In this document: positions 46,004 through 55,600 of the stretch, one piece after another | How positions within the stretch are numbered: the first letter of the stretch is position 1 | Layout: each line of letters begins with the position of its first letter | Source: Bacteroidales bacterium | Lineage (GTDB): Bacteria > Bacteroidota > Bacteroidia > Bacteroidales > P3 | Direction: 5' to 3' | Length of the DNA: 64,000 nt | Assembly (NCBI GenBank): GCA_017555745.1 | Contig: JAFZFU010000026.1 | Span: 28,419-92,418, forward strand | Translations under genes and position numbers: made by a program | The notes under the pieces: generated by a model | Seen by the model: the letters and a program-made list of their open reading frames with translations, nothing else | Told to the model about the DNA's origin: nothing | The model's database searches: none

Positions 46004-49000
46004 CGGAACTTTATTTCAATTGTATTTTTTATTTTATCTATCTTTTGCAGTTCTCGCAATATATCGGCCTTTACTTTCTTTTCACAAACCATTAGCAACG
46101 ATATTTTTTCTGTCATATCTTCCAATACAGACGATAATATTACGTTGCCCTCATTATACTTTTGAGTTAATTGTTCGATGGTGTCGCAAAATTCTTTATC
46201 TATCTCGTTCGATTTTATCTTAAACATAATTTCCTTAACGTATGTGCCTAATACATTTTCGAGCAACATGATACCATTTATTTGTAGTTCCAAAGCATTG
46301 GTTTCTCCTTCTTTTGGCCATCGCTTTTCTTTTACCGAGCCGGTGCAGCAGATAAAGTAATCTTTTCTTATATAGTCTTTAAATTTTGCACAGTTATCGC
46401 CAAACAAACTTAGCGTGTGTGAACCATCGTAGTCTTCCAATGTAAATCTAACAAATGGTTTGTTCGTTTTACCAATACCCTCTGTAACATCTGTTACCAC
46501 GCCGGCAAACCTTAGTTGCGAACGTTTTTGTAGCTCTATTAAATTGCTTAAATCTGATACGTTGGTGTTCATTATACGCGTCATCTCTAACTTGTAGTCG
46601 TCCAATGGATGTTTCGACATATAAAAACCTATCACCTCTTTTTCGTAGTTGGCTTGTTCGCGACATGTCCATGGTTCAGTATCGGGTATTTGAGGATAGT
46701 CTTCTTGTTTGAGTGATTCGCAAGTGTCGAACAGCGATACTTGGGCGGCATCACCGTAATTTTTGTTATTTATCCACTTTAGCAATCTACCCAAAAAGTT
46801 TGTGCTATCGCTATCTTTTTTGAAGAAGTATTGAGCACGATGGATGTCTTTAAAAGTGTCAAATGAACCCGACTTTGCCAACGATTCCATATTCTTGCTG
46901 TTTATGCTTTTGAGGTTTATGCGTTCCATAAAATTGAATATGCTTTTAAACTTTCCGTTGGCTTCGCGTTCGGCTATAAGTTCGGCGGCGGCATTTTCGC
47001 CCATACCTTTTATGGCTCCCAATCCAAAACGTATCTCTCCCTTGTCGTTAACCATAAAATGTATATCACTTTCGTTTACATCAGGTCCTAAAACCGGTAT
47101 CTTCAATCGTTTACATTCTTCTATAAAGAAGGTTATCTTTTTTATATCGTTAAGGTTGTGTGTAAGTACTGCCGACATATATTCAGCCGGATAATGGGCT
47201 TTGAGGTATCCTGTTTGATATGCCACAAACGAATAGCAGGTGGCATGTGATTTGTTGAAGGCATATTCAGCAAACTTTTCCCAGTCGCCCCATACCTTTT
47301 CCACTTTGTCGTCGGGAAGTTCTTTTTTTCTACAACCGTCTACAAATTTTACTTTGAGTTCGGCCATTTTGTCTTTCAGTTTTTTACCCATGGCTTTACG
47401 CAATCCGTCGGCTTGTCCTTTGGTAAAACCAGCCATCGATTGCGATAGTAGCATTACCTGCTCTTGGTATACGGTAATACCATAGGTTTCATCGAGGTAT
47501 TCGCTCATCATAGGTATATCGTACTCTATTTTTTCGCGACCATGCTTACGGGCAATAAACTGAGGTATATATTGCATTGGACCCGGACGGTACAAGGCGT
47601 TCATGGCTATAAGATCTTCGAAACGAGTCGGCTTAAGATCTCTAAGGTGTGCCTGCATTCCTTCCGATTCGAATTGGAAGGTGCCTATGGTGGCACCCTT
47701 TTGATATAGTTCGTATGTTAGTTCGTCATCGAGAGGTATGGCATCCATGTCAAGGACTATTCCGTGTCGTTTCTTTATGTTTTGGCACGCTGTTTTTATT
47801 ATCGATAGGGTTTTCAATCCAAGGAAATCCATCTTCAACATACCCACCGATTCTATCAGTTTGCCTTCAAATTGTGTTACCATAAGATCGGAATCTTTTG
47901 CCGATGCTACCGGTACAAAGTTGGATATATCTTGTGGACCGATAATTACACCGCAGGCGTGAACTCCGGTGTTTCGTATCGAGCCTTCAAGTTCTACGGC
48001 GTATTTCAGTACCTTTTGTTCCAATTCGGTACCATTGTCTCTACGTTCGCGAAGTTCCGGCACTTCTTCAAACGCTTTTTTCAATGTGGTGCCGGGTTTA
48101 TCAGGTACGAGTTTCGCTAAAAGGTTGGATGTGGATAGGTCTAAATTCATTACGCGTGCCACGTCTTTTATAGCCGATTTGGCAGCCATGCCACCAAAGG
48201 TAACAATTTGTGCCACATGGTCGGCACCATATTTATCCATTACATATTGTAGGGCCTTTTCGCGTCCTTCGTCATCAAAATCCACATCGATATCGGGCAT
48301 GCTTATACGTTCTGGATTTAAAAAACGTTCAAACAGTAGTTTGTATTTTACCGGGTCGATGTTGGTGATGCCGATACAATATGCTATTACCGAGCCTGCA
48401 GCAGAACCACGTCCCGGACCGATGATAACGCCTAATTCGTTGCGAGAAACATTGATGAAGTCTTGAACGATAAGGAAATATCCCGGGAAACCCATCTTTT
48501 CGATAGTGTCTAACTCAAATTGTATACGTTCGCGTATCTCGTCTGTCATTTCGGGATAGCGTTTGGCGGCACCTTCCCATGTTATATGGGTAAGATATTG
48601 CATTTCATCGAAACCGTCGGGTAATGGAAATTTCGGCAACACTATGCTACGTTCCAATTCGAAATGTTCGATTTTATTCACTATTTCCTGAGTGTTACTG
48701 ATCGCTTCAGGGCATTCGGGAAATAATGCAAGCATCTCTTCTTCGCTTTTTATGTATTCTTCGCCGGTATATGCCATTGAAGTGTCTTCATCAATCTTTT
48801 TGCCTGTATTTACGCATAGCAGAATTCTATGTGCCATACGATCTTCTTTGTATACAAAGTGGGTATCGTTAGTGGCTATAAGTTTTATGTTATGTTTTTT
48901 CGATAATTCTATAAGGGCTTTGTTAACTTTCTTTTGGTCTTCATGGCCATGGTTTTGGAGTTCTAAGTAATAGTCCTCGCCAAACATGCCTTTAAATTCT

Positions 49001-49479
49001 TCTATTATATCTGATGCAGCGTCTAATCCTTTATGCAAAATAGTTTGAGGTAGTTCGCCACCTAAGCAGGCTGAACAACATATCAAGCCTTCGGTATATT
49101 GTTTTAATAGCTCTTTGTCGATGCGGGGTTTGTAATAAAAGTTTTCTTTTAGAAAACCCATCGAGCATAGTTTGATAAGGGTGCTATAACCTTTTTCATT
49201 TTTTGCCAACAGTATAAGGTGGTATCCGCTTCGGCTTTCGGAGCCACTTTTGTTGTGCCTATCTTCGGCAACATACATTTCACATCCCAATATCGGTTTT
49301 ATACCAACCTTTTTGGCTGTATTAAAAAATTCCAATACTCCGTACATGTTGCCGTGGTCGGTAATGGCCAACGACTCCATGCCAAGTTCTTTTACTCGTT
49401 CGAGCATTACTTTGATATTTGCGGCTCCATCCAAAATGGAATACTGCGTGTGTACGTGTAAGTGCGTGAAATTAGACAT
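46000..49479 (-). CDS. dnaE: DNA polymerase III alpha subunit
   Basis: PHP domain FTHLHVHTQYSILDGA, MPDIDVDF, polymerase core, OB fold. 1159 aa. Confidence 0.97.
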   Translation of the reverse strand: MSNFTHLHVHTQYSILDGAANIKVMLERVKELGMESLAITDHGNMYGVLEFFNTAKKVGIKPILGCEMYVAEDRHNKSGSESRSGYHLILLAKNEKGYSTLIKLCSMGFLKENFYYKPRIDKELLKQYTEGLICCSACLGGELPQTILHKGLDAASDIIEEFKGMFGEDYYLELQNHGHEDQKKVNKALIELSKKHNIKLIATNDTHFVYKEDRMAHRILLCVNTGKKIDEDTSMAYTGEEYIKSEEEMLALFPECPEAISNTQEIVNKIEHFELERSIVLPKFPLPDGFDEMQYLTHITWEGAAKRYPEMTDEIRERIQFELDTIEKMGFPGYFLIVQDFINVSRNELGVIIGPGRGSAAGSVIAYCIGITNIDPVKYKLLFERFLNPERISMPDIDVDFDDEGREKALQYVMDKYGADHVAQIVTFGGMAAKSAIKDVARVMNLDLSTSNLLAKLVPDKPGTTLKKAFEEVPELRERRDNGTELEQKVLKYAVELEGSIRNTGVHACGVIIGPQDISNFVPVASAKDSDLMVTQFEGKLIESVGMLKMDFLGLKTLSIIKTACQNIKKRHGIVLDMDAIPLDDELTYELYQKGATIGTFQFESEGMQAHLRDLKPTRFEDLIAMNALYRPGPMQYIPQFIARKHGREKIEYDIPMMSEYLDETYGITVYQEQVMLLSQSMAGFTKGQADGLRKAMGKKLKDKMAELKVKFVDGCRKKELPDDKVEKVWGDWEKFAEYAFNKSHATCYSFVAYQTGYLKAHYPAEYMSAVLTHNLNDIKKITFFIEECKRLKIPVLGPDVNESDIHFMVNDKGEIRFGLGAIKGMGENAAAELIAEREANGKFKSIFNFMERINLKSINSKNMESLAKSGSFDTFKDIHRAQYFFKKDSDSTNFLGRLLKWINNKNYGDAAQVSLFDTCESLKQEDYPQIPDTEPWTCREQANYEKEVIGFYMSKHPLDDYKLEMTRIMNTNVSDLSNLIELQKRSQLRFAGVVTDVTEGIGKTNKPFVRFTLEDYDGSHTLSLFGDNCAKFKDYIRKDYFICCTGSVKEKRWPKEGETNALELQINGIMLLENVLGTYVKEIMFKIKSNEIDKEFCDTIEQLTQKYNEGNVILSSVLEDMTEKISLLMVCEKKVKADILRELQKIDKIKNTIEIKFR

Positions 49480-49612
49480 AATAACGATTTTTTATTTGAC
49501 AAAAAGATTTTGCGAAGTTACACTTTTTTATTCAAATAACAAAGCGTTTTTTGCAGCAAATTTAAAAAAGTGTAAGGTTGTTGAAAACTTATAGAATTGG
49601 CCTATAAATTTC

Positions 49613-49688
49613 TCTCGCGATGATGATAAAATTTCATCACGAGGAAAATGTTGCAATTACGTGATGTTGACAAATTTTCATCGTGATG
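49613..49688 (+). repeat. Phased-palindrome element, copy C (array only)
   Basis: tctcgcgatg, catcacgagg, ttacgtgatg and catcgtgatg are centred at 49617.5, 49639.5, 49661.5 and 49683.5, an exact 22-bp spacing. Confidence 0.8.
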
Positions 49689-49714
49689 TTTTTTATGGGT
49701 TTCTTATATATCTA

Positions 49715-50170
49715 TTATTCCTTCTGTTTAGAATCTATCCAAATGGTTACCGGTCCGTCGTTTGTTAGATTTACTTGCATATCGGCACCAAAAGTTCCTG
49801 TTTGTATGGGCTTGCCAAAAAGAGTTTGTAAACGTGCTATAAATTTTTCGTACATAGGTATCGCAAAATCCGGTTTAGCAGCTTTTATATATGATGGACG
49901 GTTCCCTTTTTTAGTGCTGGCATGTAGTGTAAATTGGCTTACCACAAGTATATCCAATCCAGGTGCGTCTGAAATGGATAAGTTCATTACTCCGTTGTTG
50001 TCGTCAAATATTCTCAGTTTCACTATTTTGCTGCATAACCATTCTATATCTTCGTCTGTGTCGGAATCCTCTATTCCTACAAGTATAAGCATGCCGCCGT
50101 TTATGGCACTTTTTAGTTTCTCATCGATTGTTACACTTGCTTGTTTAACCCGTTGTATAAGTATGCGCAT
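49715..50170 (-). CDS. dtd: D-aminoacyl-tRNA deacylase
   Basis: MRILIQRV..., SQFTLHA..KKGNRPS and GADMQV motifs. Confidence 0.95.
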   Translation of the reverse strand: MRILIQRVKQASVTIDEKLKSAINGGMLILVGIEDSDTDEDIEWLCSKIVKLRIFDDNNGVMNLSISDAPGLDILVVSQFTLHASTKKGNRPSYIKAAKPDFAIPMYEKFIARLQTLFGKPIQTGTFGADMQVNLTNDGPVTIWIDSKQKE

Positions 50171-50181
50171 AATTGTCTACA

Positions 50182-50688
50182 TTATTTCTTTCTTTCGTAT
50201 TCGCAATAACTAAATTCTAATCCCGATTTTTCGTCATACATGCGTTCCGAAATATTTGTTTGAATAAATTGTTCTGGATCTATTTCGGGGAAAAAACAAT
50301 CGGCGTCAAAGTCTTGGTATACCCATGTTATATATAACCTGTCCACCATTGGCATCATTTGCTTATATATACTGCTGCCACCTACCACAAAAGTTTCTTC
50401 GTCGGGATTGCATAGTGCTATAGCCTCGTTGATAGAATTGGCCATCTCGCAGCCTTCCAATTGTAAATCTTTTTGGCGTGTTATTACCACATTTCTGCGT
50501 TTGGGAAAAGGGTGTACGGGTAACGAGTCGTAGGTGCTCTTGCCCATTACAACGGTATGTTCCAATGTTAGTTGTTTAAAACGTTTAAGGTCGGCCGATA
50601 TGTGCCATAATAAATCATTGTCTTTACCTATGGCACCATTTTGAGCCACAGCAGCTATTATAGATAGTTTGGGTTGTTGGTTCATCAC
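50182..50688 (-). CDS. folA: Dihydrofolate reductase
   Basis: IIAAVAQNGAIGKDNDLLWH, VVMGKSTYDSL, and VVGGSSIYKQ (GG motif). Confidence 0.93.
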   Translation of the reverse strand: MMNQQPKLSIIAAVAQNGAIGKDNDLLWHISADLKRFKQLTLEHTVVMGKSTYDSLPVHPFPKRRNVVITRQKDLQLEGCEMANSINEAIALCNPDEETFVVGGSSIYKQMMPMVDRLYITWVYQDFDADCFFPEIDPEQFIQTNISERMYDEKSGLEFSYCEYERKK

Positions 50689-50693
50689 TATAA

Positions 50694-51908
50694 TTATTTT
50701 TGTTTAAAAACTTTTATTGCTCTGTCGAATATTCCTGTCATATATGCAATGGCCAATCCGTAGTTTGATACTGGAACACCGGCATTCAATGCGCCTTGTA
50801 ATCTGTTGGCCAATTGTTTTGGTGTAACTACACATCCTCCGCATTGTATTACCATGCGATAATCGGTAATGGGGCGGTCGAGTGCTGTAAGTCCCGACAC
50901 ATGTTCGAATGTGATGTCGCGTCCCGAATATTTGCGTATAAGATTGGGAAGTTTTACTCTGCCGATGTCTTCGCACGATGCTTTGTGTGTACACGATTCG
51001 AGCATAAGTATGTGGTCGCCATCGCATAGGTCGTCTAACGTGGGGGTACCTTCGATATATTCATAAAATAACCCTTTGGCATGGGCCAACACTATGCTGA
51101 AACTTGTAAGTGCTATATCGTCGGGAACTATTTGCGACACTTGTTTAAATACTTGACTATCGGTTACAACAAGCGAAGGCTTCGGACTCATTTGTTTTAG
51201 ATGTTGTTCTAAATGGTTTTCTTTGCATACCACAGCAATGCATTCGTTGTCTAATATGTCGCGAATGGTTTGTACTTGAGGCAGTATCATGCGTCCTTCG
51301 GGTGCCGAAGAGTCGATAGGGGTGACAAGTAATATGGTTTCACCGGGGTTTATTATTTTCCCTAATAGCGATTTCGGAGTATATGCCGTTTCGGGCAAGG
51401 CAGTGCGAATAGTGTCGAGTAATAGGTTTTGAGATTCAGTATTGTGGGTTGATATTTGCAACACTATGGTACCATAGCGTTTTTCTATCTGTTGTATCAG
51501 CAATTCATCGGGTACATACACATCGCTTTTTGAATAAACAAGCACAAACGGTATCTTTAAATCGGAGCAATTGGCTATTAGTTTTTCTTCAATGTTGCCA
51601 AAGCTATTGTTGGTAAAAACTATCAATGCCAGGTCGACATGTTTCAAGGCTTCGTAACTTTTTTCTGTCCTCATCAGTCCCAATTGTCCTTCGTCGTCTA
51701 CTCCGGCTGTGTCTATCCATACCACAGGCCCGACACCTTTTATTTCCATGGTTTTCTTTACCGGATCGGTGGTGGTGCCGGCAGTGTCCGATACTATTGC
51801 TATGTTTTGACCTGTTATAAGGTTTATCAAACTACTCTTGCCGTAGTTGCGGCGGCCAAAAATACCTATATGTGGTTTTAGTTCGTTTCCTTTCATAATT
51901 TCTTTCAT
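50694..51908 (-). CDS. hydF: [FeFe]-hydrogenase maturation GTPase HydF
   Basis: N-terminal GTPase (GRRNYGKSSLINLITGQ, DTAG). The C-terminal domain has CTH..C and QCGGC cysteine motifs characteristic of HydF. 404 aa. Confidence 0.75.
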   Translation of the reverse strand: MKEIMKGNELKPHIGIFGRRNYGKSSLINLITGQNIAIVSDTAGTTTDPVKKTMEIKGVGPVVWIDTAGVDDEGQLGLMRTEKSYEALKHVDLALIVFTNNSFGNIEEKLIANCSDLKIPFVLVYSKSDVYVPDELLIQQIEKRYGTIVLQISTHNTESQNLLLDTIRTALPETAYTPKSLLGKIINPGETILLVTPIDSSAPEGRMILPQVQTIRDILDNECIAVVCKENHLEQHLKQMSPKPSLVVTDSQVFKQVSQIVPDDIALTSFSIVLAHAKGLFYEYIEGTPTLDDLCDGDHILMLESCTHKASCEDIGRVKLPNLIRKYSGRDITFEHVSGLTALDRPITDYRMVIQCGGCVVTPKQLANRLQGALNAGVPVSNYGLAIAYMTGIFDRAIKVFKQK

Positions 51909-51961
51909 ATATTACGGTAATACAAACACAAACATATTTCTTTGTGTTGAGTTAGTGTTTG

Positions 51962-51969
51962 CAAAGATA
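51962..51969 (-). promoter_or_regulatory. -7 box for the hydF-folA-dtd operon
   Basis: Minus-strand TATCTTTG about 55 nt upstream of the ATG at 51908. Confidence 0.5.
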
Positions 51970-52411
51970 CAACTTTTTTTTGAATTAGAAATTGGCTTTA
52001 TCCCAAATCGCTCGTTAGAATTTTAGTGAGATTATGATGATATGTGACGATAACATTCTGTAAATTCTTTTCGCCATTCTCTGCCAAACTCTATTTCGAA
52101 AGACCACAGAATTTAAATGTTTAGATATGTTAATAATATTTAAAATAATGCCTTCTGAAGAATGAAATTATGAGTCTTTTTACCTTTAGTGATAAGTGCT
52201 TGATTTTTAGATATTGTATTCTTCTCTTTTTGAGAGTGCACTCTCAAGAAGCTGACATTGGAGTCTCAAGAAAAGGACTCTGCAATCTTCTTCAAATACC
52301 GCTCCAAAGGACCTTTTTTAGCATATGATAATCTCTAAAAATATCATAAAATGAAGCGATGGTTTTTCTTTGTGTTTTTACCTATAAAAACGAATGAAAC
52401 GGCCGTTTTTT

Positions 52412-52545
52412 CCTCGGGATGGTTTATTGTCGTTTCTCGAAGAACGACAAAATAATTTGGTAAGAAATTTCCGATTATATATATGTTTAAATTCACGGTA
52501 TATCATCAATTCCATAACACCCTATTGTGAAACGAATGACGATAT
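52412..52545 (+). repeat. Phased-palindrome/hairpin element, copy D (degenerate)
   Basis: cctcgggatg (52412); the long hairpin ttgtcgtt-tctcgaag-aacgacaa (52427..52450) lies 22 bp further on; then aattt/aaatt, atatatat, cacggtatatcatc, and accctattgtga (52519..52530) whose right arm is deleted. Confidence 0.65.
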
Positions 52546-52605
52546 ACTGTGAAATGAGTGATACCCGGCTGTTGTTTTTGTAATAGTTAATGAGCAATGC
52601 TTCAG

Positions 52606-55600
52606 CTAAATCCATTTAAGCAGAGGAAGGTCTTGTCTGTGGGGAAGGAGAGGATGCTTTGGGTATATACGAAACGCACATTGGTATACGCCCGATAGTA
52701 TGGCCCGCGATGTTTTGATATATGTGGTTCGACCTTGTTTTTCTTCCACCATATCTAATTGCATAGTCTTTATAAACTTGTAAGAGTTGTCTTCCTTCTT
52801 ACAAACCACAAGTTCTACGCCAAGATCGTTAGGGGATATCCCCGTAAGTTGAAGTACCACTTTCATTGTATATTCTTGGCCAAGTGTCAGAGGAAATTTT
52901 TCTGTGTCGGGATATTCCAAATCTATGAGTTCTATGGTATCCCATGCCTGACGTATCTTTCGTTTCCACGCCACTAATTCTTTTAGTTTTGCAGACTTGT
53001 TTTTTGTAAGTAATTGTACTCGTGCATATAGTTTGTTATAATATTCGACATAGTAGTCGTTTAGTTGACGTTCCATGGTGTAGTGTGGGGCTATGCCGGC
53101 TATGGTGTTTTTCATATACGAAATCCATCGTTTGGGTACGTTGTTTTCGCGGTAGTTGTAGTATGCCGGTATTATCTTTTCTTCTAATATCGAGTATATT
53201 GTTTCGGCATCTAATTGGTCTTGGTATTCGTTGTTTTGATACATATTGTCTTTTGGCAAAGCCCATCCTGCATCTTCGCGATAGCCTTCAGCCCACCAAC
53301 CGTCTAGAACACTGAAGTTTGGTATGCCGTTCATAACTGCTTTTTCGCCACTGGTTCCAGATGCTTCCAATGGTCGTTGCGGTGTGTTGAGCCATACATC
53401 CACTCCGTGTATAAGATATTTTGCAAGGCTCATATCGTAGTTTTCGAGGAATATTATCTTGCCCACAAAATCAGGCTGTTTTGATATTTCTATTATTCGG
53501 CGTATCAAATCTTTGCCACCTTGATCGTTGGGGTGCGCTTTGCCCGCAAATATAAATTGTATGGGGTGGTCGGGATTCGACACTATGCGTTTAAGCCGCT
53601 CGATGTTAGAGAATATAAGATTGGCTCGTTTGTAGGTGGCAAATCTTCGTGCAAAGCCTATTGTTAGAGCGTTGTAATTTATATTCTCCACTGTGTCGAG
53701 CCATAGGCGGGGTTCTTCGGCACGTTGCAAAAAGTCGGTTTTCAGTCGTTGTTTTATATAGTCGAGCAGTTGATGTTTTTGTTGTACGTGGGTATGCCAT
53801 ATTTTATCATCGCTCACATTATGTATCTTCAGCCAATATTGTTCGTTTGACTGATTGTGTAAAAACTCTTCGCCAAAGGTTTCAACATATAGTTTGAGCC
53901 ACGAATTAGCAACCCATGTGGGGAAGTGTACGCCATTGGTAACGTGTGATATAAATATTTCTTCGGGAAAGTAGCCCTTAAACAGAGGAGCAAACATACT
54001 GCGACTTACGGCTCCATGTATTTCGCTTACACCATTTACCTCTTGTGAGAAGTGTATTGCCAACACGCTCATCGAAAATTTTTCTTTGTTATCTGTAGGG
54101 TTGAAACGTCCAAACGCCATAAACTCGTTCCACGAGATGTTTATAGTTGAACAATAATGAGAGAAGTACACACGCATAAGTTCCTCGTCGAAAGCATCGT
54201 GACCTGCCGGTACCGCTGTGTGTGTGGTATATAATGTAGATGCGGTAATGAGTTCGCACGCCTCATCTACGGCTATCTTATTATCTGTAACATAATGTTG
54301 TAAACGTTCCAAACACGAAAATGCTGAATGCCCTTCGTTGTTGTGATATATATCGGGATGGATATCCAACGCTTGCAATAATCTTATGCCTCCTATACCC
54401 AACACTATCTCTTGTTTAAGACGCATTTCGGGATTTCCGCCATATAGTTGTGCAGTTATAAGGCGGTCTTGTTCGTTGTTTTCTTCGATATCGGTATCCA
54501 ATAAATAAAGTGGCACGCTTCCTACTTGGCACAGCCATGCTTTGGCATACACTATACGTCCAGGTAGTGCTACTGATATTTTCTGCCAGCCTCCCTGTTT
54601 GTCTGTTACCGATGATATAGGTAACTGTGAGAATTTTTGTGGTACGTAGTTTGATATCTGTTCTCCGCTTTTGGTAATATACTGAACAAAGTATCCGTTG
54701 CGGTATAGTAGACCTATGCCAACCATGTTTTTGTTGGAGTCGCTGGCTTGCTTTAAGTAGTCGCCTGCCAACATTCCCAAACCTCCCGAATATATTTTAA
54801 GAGAGTCGTGTATACCAAACTCCATACTGAAGTATGCCACACAATAGTCCTCTGCCACATGTGGGCGGTTGATATAGCTGTCAAACTGATTAATCACATT
54901 GCTTAAACGATTGATAAAAGCATGATTGGCTGATAGTTCGTCTATCTTCTGGGCCGATAGCATTGCCAACATCTTGTTGGGGTCGCGTTGGCATCGTTCG
55001 AACAATGCTGCATCAATAGATTCGAACAGTGCTATGGCGTTCCCGTTCCATGACCACCATAGATTTTGTGCCAATCGTTGTAAGCCTTCGAGATTGTGGG
55101 GCATTACCGGACGCACAAACACCTTGTGCCATTCGGCTTCGTTGCCCCACTTTACCACTATAGGATTTTTTTCGATATATGGTATTTTGTCGTTGTATAG
55201 ACTTATGCGTTGACGGGATTTGCCAAGGGCTACATTATACAATGTATGGTAGTGGGTTATAAAGTTTTCCCACATTGTTTGTTGAGATATGGTTATTGCT
55301 TGTTCTTTTAGTTGCTCGAAATCGCTTTCACTCATATTGCAACCACATAGAAGTCGTGCAGCCGTTTCTTTCACTACGTCGTTGTAGTTGGTGTCGTTTC
55401 GTTGTATTACACCTAATGGTACATTGTTTGAGGTAATTTTGTTTTGTAGCCACGAACCGTAGCCTGCCAGCGAGGTGGTAAGGGTGGGAACCCCCAATGC
55501 CATACTTTCCATGGGAGTATATCCCCAAGGTTCATAGTAAGAAGCAAATACAGTAATATCAAAGGCTGTAAGAAAATCAAAATAATTATAATTTATTATT

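Noticed and set aside
47969-48466. 165-aa plus-strand ORF (and several 60-116 aa ORFs from 46.1 to 49.6 kb)
   Set aside because: All are antisense to dnaE.
49683-50213. 176-aa plus-strand ORF
   Set aside because: Antisense to dtd, which is a clear D-aminoacyl-tRNA deacylase. The ORF starts inside the repeat array.
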